Assembly: GCA_965659285.1 (NCBI GenBank)
Contig: CBFHWB010000001.1
Location: 1,797-65,796, forward strand
Direction: 5' to 3'
DNA length: 64,000 nt
Source: Planctomycetota bacterium
Lineage (GTDB): Bacteria; Planctomycetota; UBA8108
How positions within the stretch are numbered: position 1 is the stretch's first letter; every line of letters starts with the position of its first letter. Positions 8,854 to 17,200 of this stretch are shown here, in pieces. The notes under the pieces were generated by a model that had not been told where the DNA came from, ran no database searches, and was given only the letters and a program-made list of their open reading frames with translations. A program made the position numbers and the translations under genes.

Positions 8854-10638
8854 TCACGCGGCCCCTTCTCCTGAAGGGGCATCCTCCTGGCCATCGTCGC
8901 CGCCCGCGCCTGCCGGCTCCAGCTCGCGGTCCTGCGGAAGATAGTCCTCCTCGACAAGCGCGGAGTTGTACTCGTAGGGTCCGCGATAGACTGTCGGAAG
9001 GTCGGGATGGAAGTTCCCGTGCGGCGGAGGCGAATCGAGCGTCCACTCGAGCGTGTTCGCCTTCCAGGGATTCTTTTCGGCCTTCTTGCCCCAGATCGCG
9101 CTGTAGATCAGCGCTATCAGGAAGAATACCTGGCCAAGCCCCAGCACGATGGCTGAGATGGTCATGAACTCCTGGTAGGGCTGCATATGCTCCCAGGTTT
9201 TGGAAGCCCCCTCGCCAGTATAAGCCGCGTAGCGCCTCGGCAGCCCCGCGGCTCCAACGATATGCATGGGGAAGAAGACGCAGTTGAATCCTATGAAGGT
9301 CAGGATGAAATGAATCTTGCCGAGAGTCTCGCTGAACATACGACCGAACATCTTCGGAAACCAGTAGGTGATCCCGGCGAAGACTCCGAAGAGGCTGCCG
9401 CCGAAGAGCACATAATGGATGTGGGCAACGATAAAGTAGGTGTCATGGATCATCAGATCCACCGTCGTCGCCGCCATGAAGATTCCACTGAGGCCTCCGA
9501 TGATGAACATCGAAATAAAGCCCAGGGCGTTCAGCATGGGCGTGGTGAAATGGATATTCCCGCGCCAGAGGGTACCCAGCCAATTGAAGCTCTTCACAGC
9601 CGAGGGAAGGGCGATCATCATCGTGGCAATCATGAAGTAGGTCCCGAGATAGGGATTCATGCCGCTCTGGAACATGTGATGCCCCCAGACGATGAAGCCG
9701 AGCCCGGCAATTCCGGCCATGGCGGCCGCCATGGCCTTGTAGCCGAAGATGGGCTTGCGAGCGAAAACCGAAACAATATCGGAGGCGATTCCCATGCCGG
9801 GAAGAATCATGATGTAGACAGCGGGATGGGAGTAGAACCAGAAGAGATGCTGATAGAGAAGAGGCTGGCCTTCATTGGTGAAGAAGGTGGTGCCAAAGTG
9901 CCTGTCGAGGATCAGCATGATCAGGGCGGAGGTCAGCACCGGCGTTCCGAAGAGAATCAGGATCGCCGTGATAAAGATCGACCAGACTGTAAGAGACATG
10001 CGCCCGAAGGTCATTCCAGGGGCGCGCATCTTGACGATGGTGGTCACGTAATTCACCGCGCCCATGATGCTCGACGTCCCCACGATGATCAGGCTGATGC
10101 ACCACAAGGTCTGACCGTAACCCGCTATGACGCTCAAAGATGGATACGAGGTCCAGCCGCCGGAGGCGAAGGCGCCGGACTTGAGACCGGCCTCGATGCC
10201 CTCCAGAAGGATTCCCCCGAACATGACGAATCCGGCCAACGGCATGATCCAATAGCTCAGGCCGTTGAGGAAGGGGAAGGCCATGTCGCGCGCGCCGATA
10301 TGAAGCGGAATGACAAAATTCCCGAAGGCTCCAACGAGAAATGGAATGATCACGAAAAAGATCATTACCGTGGCGTGCATGCTGAAGAGCACATTGTAGG
10401 TCTCGCCGCCAAATTGCTTCATGTCAACACCCATGAATTCGGCTTCGGGCCAGGCCAGGCGCATTCTCAAGGTGAGCGCGAGCCCTCCCCCGATAAACAG
10501 CATGAAGAGAGCCGTCATCATGAACTGCATGCCGATCGCCTTGTGGTCACGTGAGAAGACATACTTCCCCCAGAACCCCATCTCGTGGTGTTCGGCGTGA
10601 TCTTCGGTTGCGATGTTTTCTTTGGTTTCCGTAGTCAT
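8854..10638 (-). CDS. ctaD: Cytochrome c oxidase subunit I (heme-copper oxidase catalytic subunit)
   Basis: Canonical motifs WFYSHPAVYIMILPGMG and GFIVWGHHMF. 12-helix core. AAGGAG RBS 12 nt upstream of the ATG. Confidence 0.95.
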   Translation of the reverse strand: MTTETKENIATEDHAEHHEMGFWGKYVFSRDHKAIGMQFMMTALFMLFIGGGLALTLRMRLAWPEAEFMGVDMKQFGGETYNVLFSMHATVMIFFVIIPFLVGAFGNFVIPLHIGARDMAFPFLNGLSYWIMPLAGFVMFGGILLEGIEAGLKSGAFASGGWTSYPSLSVIAGYGQTLWCISLIIVGTSSIMGAVNYVTTIVKMRAPGMTFGRMSLTVWSIFITAILILFGTPVLTSALIMLILDRHFGTTFFTNEGQPLLYQHLFWFYSHPAVYIMILPGMGIASDIVSVFARKPIFGYKAMAAAMAGIAGLGFIVWGHHMFQSGMNPYLGTYFMIATMMIALPSAVKSFNWLGTLWRGNIHFTTPMLNALGFISMFIIGGLSGIFMAATTVDLMIHDTYFIVAHIHYVLFGGSLFGVFAGITYWFPKMFGRMFSETLGKIHFILTFIGFNCVFFPMHIVGAAGLPRRYAAYTGEGASKTWEHMQPYQEFMTISAIVLGLGQVFFLIALIYSAIWGKKAEKNPWKANTLEWTLDSPPPHGNFHPDLPTVYRGPYEYNSALVEEDYLPQDRELEPAGAGGDDGQEDAPSGEGAA

Positions 10639-10665
10639 GAGTCTCTCGAAGGCTCCTTGCTGAAC

Positions 10666-11676
10666 CTATTCGGCTTCCTTCTGTTCCTGGTAATAATGTA
10701 CGGGCTCGGGGAACTTCTCCGGAACCGCTGTCTTCCAGTCGTATCCGAGTTCCTTTGCCAGGTCCTCTTCACTGAGAACGAGGAAAGGCGCGTGCATGTT
10801 GGAGTGTCCCTCGCCGCAGAGCTCGGCGCAGACGATCTCGTACTTCTTACCTTCCTTGGCTGTCCCCTCCTTGATTTTGAACCAGATCTTACCGGGGTAG
10901 TAAGGAACCAGGTCCTGCTTCAACCGCAGGTGCGGCGAGAAAAAGCTGTGAAGCACCGGGTGGGTATAGATCTCGGTGTTGGCGTCGTATTTACCCAGGG
11001 AGTTCAACTCGATGAGTATGTTCACATTTTCCGGGACAACAAGCTTTGGCAGAACCTTGTCCTTGGCCAGATCGTCGAGGCCGACGGCATTGGTCGGAGA
11101 CTTGAAAGAATGCCGCTGATCCTCGAACTTCCCATCCTTGCCGGGATAGTTGAACCACCAGGCGAACTGTTCTCCGTAGACCCTGACAACAAAGGTTCCG
11201 GGCTGAACGACACCATCCTTCTCGGGATAGCCGGTCTTGATTGTCAGCCAGCTGCTGTCTCCCACCAGTTGTACAACACCGATGAAAACGAGGACTACGA
11301 CCGTGGCCAGCGTCCAGGTCACCTCGAGCTTGTTGTTGCCGTGGGTGTAGTGGGCCTTTTTGCGCCCTTCACGATTCCTGTAGCGAAAGAGGAACCAGAG
11401 CATCAGACCCTCGACGACGACAAAGGCGATCCCGGTGATCCAGAAGATCAGCACGAACAGGTCGTCCACCCCTTCGCCGTAGGTTGAAATGGCATCGGGC
11501 ATCCAGAACAGCCCGGGCTTCTCCGCCTCGTGGCCGGCAGCGGAAGCCGCCGCCGCGGCCGGCGCTTCGGCGCTCTTCTCCTGGGTCCAGGCTGGAGCGG
11601 CCAGCAACATTCCAACTACAGCCATAGCCAGCAAGGAGGTCGATCTTTTAAACCCCTGTAATCTTGTCAGAATCAT
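10666..11676 (-). CDS. ctaC: Cytochrome c oxidase subunit II (CuA subunit, aa3-type, no fused cytochrome c)
   Basis: CuA motif CAELCGEGHSNMH. Signal peptide plus two N-terminal helices. Ends with TAG. The track start at 11688 is a TTG; the probable start is ATG 11674-11676 (MILTRLQG) with an AGGAAG RBS. Confidence 0.9.
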   Translation of the reverse strand: MILTRLQGFKRSTSLLAMAVVGMLLAAPAWTQEKSAEAPAAAAASAAGHEAEKPGLFWMPDAISTYGEGVDDLFVLIFWITGIAFVVVEGLMLWFLFRYRNREGRKKAHYTHGNNKLEVTWTLATVVVLVFIGVVQLVGDSSWLTIKTGYPEKDGVVQPGTFVVRVYGEQFAWWFNYPGKDGKFEDQRHSFKSPTNAVGLDDLAKDKVLPKLVVPENVNILIELNSLGKYDANTEIYTHPVLHSFFSPHLRLKQDLVPYYPGKIWFKIKEGTAKEGKKYEIVCAELCGEGHSNMHAPFLVLSEEDLAKELGYDWKTAVPEKFPEPVHYYQEQKEAE

Positions 11677-11724
11677 TACTCGCTTCAACTTCCTGAAAAC
11701 TCTCTGGCTGTAATGAACCAGATA

Positions 11725-12633
11725 CTAACCTTTATAGGTAAATTCGAAAACGATGTTCCCTTCGACCACGGCGCCATCCTTCACGGTTATCTTCTGCGCC
11801 TTGGGGGCCTTCAGCTTACGGTCTTTCTCATGCCAGACCTCTACGGTATAGGTACCATCTCCATCAGGCAGCTTCCCGATGGAAAACTTGCCGTCCTCTG
11901 CCGTCTGGGAAAAGAACGGGTTCTTCACCACGAAGGCGTATGCGGACATCCAGGGATGAACAGAACACTGGCAGACATGCGGCCCCGCCTTCTTAAAAAA
12001 TCGATCCCGGACCTCCTCGCCGACATTCGCCATCGAAAGGTTGAAAGACAATTGGGGGATGCTCACGTTATGAAGAAATGGATCGCTGTTCCTCAGCACC
12101 ACCTGTTGATCCTTGTGCAGGGCGAAAACATGAGGGATATACTGGCACCCCTTCTGGTCTATCACGACCTTTGCAGGGTGGCCGTAGGTGGCCATGTCCT
12201 TGAGGTTGTAACGGCCTAGTCCCTTGCTGATATAGACGATGCAGTCCTTCAGGCCGCCATCGGCTCCCGCCACGATCGTCTCAGCGTTGAGAGGGCCCAG
12301 TGACTGCGCCTCGCGCTGCTTGCCGCACTCGGGCTTGGCCGAGATATCCAGAGCTACCCTGGCAGGCGCTCCAGCGATCTTGACAATTCCCGTCAATGCG
12401 ACGGAACCAAACTTCTGCTTGGGAGAACCTCCCGCTTCGCCGCCGCCGGTCTCGGAGGTTCCTGGGGTGGTTCCACTGTCCACGCCAACGCTATTCTGCT
12501 CGGACCCCCCGGGAGCCCTGGCCTGCTTCTTGGTTTCACAGCCTGAAATCAACGCCAGGAGGCCGGCAATCATCAAAACCGTGACACCGACGCCCATGGG
12601 TGAAAATCGATCTGCCTGCATTCTATCCGCCAC
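11725..12633 (-). CDS. Lipoprotein with a cupredoxin-like putative copper site plus a C-terminal carboxypeptidase-regulatory-like (transthyretin-like) beta-sandwich
   Basis: Lipobox (LLALISGCETKK). Putative ligand set His (FLHNV) then C-x-C-x-x-H-x-x-M (CQCSVHPWM). C-terminal GDGTYTVEVW...GNIVFEF is typical of CarbopepD_reg-like domains. Sits directly upstream of ctaC. Confidence 0.5.
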   Translation of the reverse strand: MADRMQADRFSPMGVGVTVLMIAGLLALISGCETKKQARAPGGSEQNSVGVDSGTTPGTSETGGGEAGGSPKQKFGSVALTGIVKIAGAPARVALDISAKPECGKQREAQSLGPLNAETIVAGADGGLKDCIVYISKGLGRYNLKDMATYGHPAKVVIDQKGCQYIPHVFALHKDQQVVLRNSDPFLHNVSIPQLSFNLSMANVGEEVRDRFFKKAGPHVCQCSVHPWMSAYAFVVKNPFFSQTAEDGKFSIGKLPDGDGTYTVEVWHEKDRKLKAPKAQKITVKDGAVVEGNIVFEFTYKG

Positions 12634-12716
12634 TCCTATTCCTTGCTCTTACCAGGTCGTTAGAACTCTGTTTCGCCATGCTCAAATGTCATAAGTTAGA
12701 GTGCAAAAAAGTCTTT

Positions 12717-14174
12717 TCAAGCCTTTTCCTCTGCCGTATCTGGCGGAGGCGGCGGCTGGGAGGAAGAATGAGCCGAGGCGGCTTTTTCGAGGTAACGAAA
12801 AACCTCCCCTGCCGTCCGCTTTCCCTCTCTAAGGCAGTCGTTGACAGAGACGCCCCGGTAGGAGTTCCCGGTCAGGAAAAGCCCTGGAGTGGCCCCCAGG
12901 CGTGCCTCAATGCCCTCCAGGAGAGCCTGGTGGCCAACCTCGTATTGGGGAATCGCCTGCTCGTATCGGTAAACTCTCTGAGCCACCGGCTTCCCCTTGA
13001 GACCGATCGCCGCCCCCGTCTCTCGCTGTATCATTTCGATCAACTCTTCATCCGGTTTTCCGACAACTTCTGGAAAACGAGCCCCCCCCGCCAGCGCCCG
13101 GACACTTACGTGACCTTCGGGGGCATGCCCTGGAAAGATGCTTGAGGTCCAGATCATGCCGAGCGTCTGCAGCCCCTCACTGGCGGGAGCCAGGAAACCG
13201 TAACCATCGAGCTCCGAATCGACATCCTCGGCCCGGTAACCGAGGCAGACAACCGCCACGGAGGAATAGGAGATGGTAGCCAGGTCTCTGCCGAGATCGG
13301 ATTGCGGCCCAGCGAACAGCGAGGCGGCGCGGCAAGCCGGAACGGCCAGGACCAGCGCCCGGGCTGTCTCCTCCCGGCCATCGGAAAAAGTAACCCGCCA
13401 GCCCTCGGCGCACGGGCTGATGCTCTCAGCCCCGAGGCCGTATTCAATGTTCTCGCCGAGCTCTCCAGCAAGCGCCCCGGAGAGCGTTCCGAGACCTTCC
13501 TCAAAGCTGTGCAAGGTGGCTGAAAACGGCGAGGTCTTGTCTTCGCCTGAAGATTTCTTTTTGCCTCTCATCCCCCTGACCAGGCTGCCGTACTCCTCCT
13601 CAAGGGCGGCCATACGCGGAAAGCAGCTCTTCATGCTCAGCGCCTCGACGTCGCCGGCATAGATGCCGGTAACCATAGGATCGAGCAGAGCGTCGACCGC
13701 CTCCTGCCCGAGACGCCGCCGGCCGAACTCCGCGATGGACTCATCCGCCGCTGCGCGGCCCCTGGACCGAAAGGGCTCGAGCAACAGCCTGAGGCGCCCC
13801 CGCAAAGAGAGCACCCCCGAGAACAGAAAACCGCGCGGACTGCGGGGAAGAGGCTTGAGCTCGCCCTCTCTCATCAGGTAGCGGTCGGAAGAGCGCGGAG
13901 AGGCCGGCAGTAGTTTCCCATCGAGCCCGAGACTGGAGATCAACTCAAGGGTGTCCGGAGCGTTGTCGAGTACGCCGTTGGGACCCTGCTCAAAAAGAAA
14001 ACCATCGACCCGTTCCGTGCCAATCGAGCCGCCGCTTCGGTCCGAAGCCTCGACGACCTTCACCGCCGGAGAGATCCCCCCCCCTGGCCGCCCGGCACGC
14101 AGATGCCGCAGAAGGAAATGCGCGGTGGACAGTCCGGAAATACCACCACCGACTACAAGCGCGTCAAATGACAT
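12717..14174 (-). CDS. hemY: Protoporphyrinogen/coproporphyrinogen oxidase (HemY/HemG-type FAD amine oxidase family)
   Basis: N-terminal dinucleotide-binding motif (ALVVGGGISGLSTA). About 485 aa, amino-oxidase family. Sits between the octaheme cytochrome gene and the oxidase genes. Confidence 0.75.
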   Translation of the reverse strand: MSFDALVVGGGISGLSTAHFLLRHLRAGRPGGGISPAVKVVEASDRSGGSIGTERVDGFLFEQGPNGVLDNAPDTLELISSLGLDGKLLPASPRSSDRYLMREGELKPLPRSPRGFLFSGVLSLRGRLRLLLEPFRSRGRAAADESIAEFGRRRLGQEAVDALLDPMVTGIYAGDVEALSMKSCFPRMAALEEEYGSLVRGMRGKKKSSGEDKTSPFSATLHSFEEGLGTLSGALAGELGENIEYGLGAESISPCAEGWRVTFSDGREETARALVLAVPACRAASLFAGPQSDLGRDLATISYSSVAVVCLGYRAEDVDSELDGYGFLAPASEGLQTLGMIWTSSIFPGHAPEGHVSVRALAGGARFPEVVGKPDEELIEMIQRETGAAIGLKGKPVAQRVYRYEQAIPQYEVGHQALLEGIEARLGATPGLFLTGNSYRGVSVNDCLREGKRTAGEVFRYLEKAASAHSSSQPPPPPDTAEEKA

Positions 14175-14237
14175 TGCTGAGCAGCGGTCCTAACTACGGG
14201 ACAGGCTCACAGCCTGGAGGCCGCCATCCTGTCGCGC

Positions 14238-17200
14238 CTAATTGCCGCCTCCTGCCTCTTCCTGGGACTCCTCACGGGGAGCGGTCGCCATCTTCTCGTC
14301 GTTCATATGGCGCAGGTACTGCAGGAGAGCGTTTACATCCGCGAGATCTTTAGCGTCAATTTCCGAAGCCGGGTTCCCGGTATACTTCTTCCTCTCCTGG
14401 AAATAGTTCGGCATCTTGGTCCCAGGCATGAAGTCAGGCGGGAAATAGAGCCAGTCCCGTGTCCACTGCGCTCGCAGCCGGCCGGCGGCCGCGTTGAGAT
14501 CCGGACCCCAGGAGCTCTTATCCCAGGGCTTTCCGGCTGCCCAGGCAGATGCCTTGCCGCCAAGTTCGCCACCAGCGGTCTGGACGGCATCCAGGGTGGC
14601 GAACCCCCCCCGCAGGAGGATCTTGCCATCGGAATCCTTCCAGACCAGGAAGTGGCTGTCACCCGGAGCGCTCAGCGGAACCTCCGCGGGAGCAACCGTC
14701 CCGGCTCCCTGGGCGAGGATCGGCAAGGTCGGTAATTCTGCGCCGCGAGGATGGCACTGGCTGCATTGCTTGCCCTTGACCTCAGCCGTACCCTTCCCAC
14801 ACAGCAGTTGCCCCTTGAGAGCCTGTTCTTTTTCGAACCTGTCCTCAGCGAAGAGCTCCTCACCATACGGAACCTCACTGACAGCCTTGAACCACTGGAC
14901 AATCAGGCGGGCCTCAGCCTGCGTAAGATTGAAGGACGGCATTCGGACCTTCAGCCAGGGCCGAATAGGACGCACGTCCTGCAGGAAGTGGAAGAACCAG
15001 TCACTCTTGACGCGCTCTCCCTGGCGCAACAGCGGCGGCGGCGCCTTGAACCTGTCGGTCAACTCTGTTCCAAAGTAGAAACGCACTCCACCCTCGCCAT
15101 AGCCCTTCACCGCGAGTTTTCGCTCGCTTACAGGACTCTCGGAAAGAACCCCGCCAAGAGCCGAGTAGTATTGCGTCGCAAGCCCCTCGAGTTCATCCTT
15201 CCTCACCCCCAGCCCGTCCGGCAGGGAATCGAGGTCTATGTCATAAGGGGTCTCCAGCATAGCGACAAGGAATTGCCCGAGCGCGCTCGATTCATCCTCA
15301 TAGGACTTGCGCATCCGTGAGATCAACCCCGCAGGATCTGCCAGGCGCTTACGCACGAAATCATAGATTCCCCGGTTAGCGAGCGTATCGGCAGGCTCTT
15401 CCTCGTTGTACATCGAATCAATGACCCGGGCTACATCCTGAACAAAGCCCGGAAGAGGATAGAAATGCCTGCGTGCGACATCGACCACCGACATGGGATC
15501 CTCGTTCGGAGTAAAGACCTGCGGCAGAGTTGCATCGGTATTCGCATCACCGGAGCTGAACTGCCCGACCTGTTGACCGAGCGGGAAGCCGGCAGGAAGC
15601 TCGATCCCGAGATTCGACCCTTGCGGACCGGCCGGCCGCGCGGCTAACCGATAGCTCTTGGCGAGCCATGTCTCCGCCTGCATGACATTGCTCCGGCCGG
15701 ACTCATCTCCAAGCGCGTTGGGATTTGGAAGGTCATCAACCGACACATAGCTGGTGGTCGCTCCGAGGCGATGACAGCCTGAACAATTGAGCTTCTGAAC
15801 CAGGCGGCTGCCACCCTCGAGGATTTTCTCCCTCTCCGAAAGATGTTTCTTCCTGCCGGGATCGACCGGGTCAGCCACCAGGCTGATGACATAGGCGACA
15901 ACCGCCTCGACCTGCTCCGGCTTGTCGTGGAACGGAAACAGCGGCATCTTCAGAAGCTCGTCGGCTCCCTTGTGGGCTAATTGCTTCGTCACCTTGTAAT
16001 CGTAGACCGGCTCTCCTGAGCTGGTCCTTCCAACAGTCACCCTGCGAGGCAGAACATCAAATCTCCGGGTGTCGCTGAGCTTGGCCTTGGCCCACTCGTG
16101 ACGCTGATGGGGGATCGCCTCGGATCCATCCTCCTGGTGGCCCCACTGCCCGAAATCCAGGCGGTCAGAGCCCTTGTCCCCCCACTTGTTGAGCTCCGCT
16201 CCAATGGGCTGGGCGCCATCGAAATAGGCGACCCTGTCGGAAGACGGCACTCCTGGATCGGGGTCCTCGTCCCTGATTCCGTTGTGGCAGCCGAAGCAGC
16301 CATAGCGGCGAACCAGGCGATGCCCTACCAGGTTGAGCTTCTCCGAGGTCGACATCGGCTTGCTGGCGTCACCGCCCTTCAACAGGGTAGCCGCCCTGGA
16401 TGTGCCATGCACCGCGCCCAGATAATAGGTCGCTATATCATCAAGAATCTTCTTTTTCGCCGGGTCGCTTTCGATTTCGGCGGCATTGGTCGTGACCAGC
16501 CCGCTCTCCCACCCTTCGTCCCGATCCTTCTTCTGGCTCTCACCAAGCGTAGCAGGGGAAGCGGATGGATGGGCCGCGAGGTCGACATCGTTATAATCAA
16601 GCGTCAGGAGATAGCTGACCATGTCGGCGACCTTCTGTTCCCCGGCGGGATCCTGGCCGGGAGCAAGCCGGAAACGAGGCATGATCGTCTCCGGATCATG
16701 CGCCTGGGGATTGAGAATCCAGCTTGAAAGCCAGTTGACCGCCTTCTTGCGTCCGAGTTCAGTCGCCAGATCGAATTTGCGAGCCAGCGGACTCAGGTCC
16801 GGCCCAAAGGTATTGTGAATCCAGCGATTGTAGACCGCATCCGCCAGTTGGCCGACGCTCTCCAGCGCGCTCTCTTCGATCTCGAGGCTCTCTTCGAGCG
16901 CCATCGATTCCTCGATCGCTCTCTTGCTCTTGCTGTAGAGTTCCTCGAGTTCGGAGCCGACATCCAGTCCCTTGAGCCAACCATAAAGATCCGAAAGTTT
17001 TGTCCCGGATTCCCGATAGGCCGCGGCAAGCAGGGGCTGCCCTTCAGCCGACTGCGCAGCCTTCTGTTCCAATGCGGCGAGAACAGCCGCCAGAGCGGGG
17101 AGAGGCTCATCATATTCACCCTCGGATTCGACCTTGATGCTGTGACACCCCATACAGCCAAGCGTCTTGACGAGTTCCCGGCCGCGAACGGGGTCTCCAG

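Noticed and set aside
9187-10554. Long antisense or overlapping ORFs with Arg/Pro/Ser/Gly/His-rich translations. Examples are 9187-10554 (+), 6386-7759 (+), 26416-26997 (+), 16098-16727 (+), 4160-4783 (-) and 19664-20443 (+).
   Set aside because: They lie opposite strongly supported genes with clear motifs, have biased compositions typical of out-of-frame high-GC sequence, and lack RBS and start context. I treat them as non-coding artefacts.
8854-12633. The lipoprotein, ctaC and ctaD ORFs are all in the same frame, separated only by TAG stops plus 12 and 9 codons. By track coordinates the octaheme cytochrome and hemY are also in frame. I considered a TAG-readthrough polyprotein or a genome-wide TAG reassignment.
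   Set aside because: Each downstream gene has its own well-placed RBS (AAGGAG before ctaD, AGGAAG before ctaC) and an independent start. The spacer codons are not protein-like. Several unrelated genes end with TAG. Same-frame juxtaposition has a 1-in-3 chance per junction. I treat TAG as a normal stop here.
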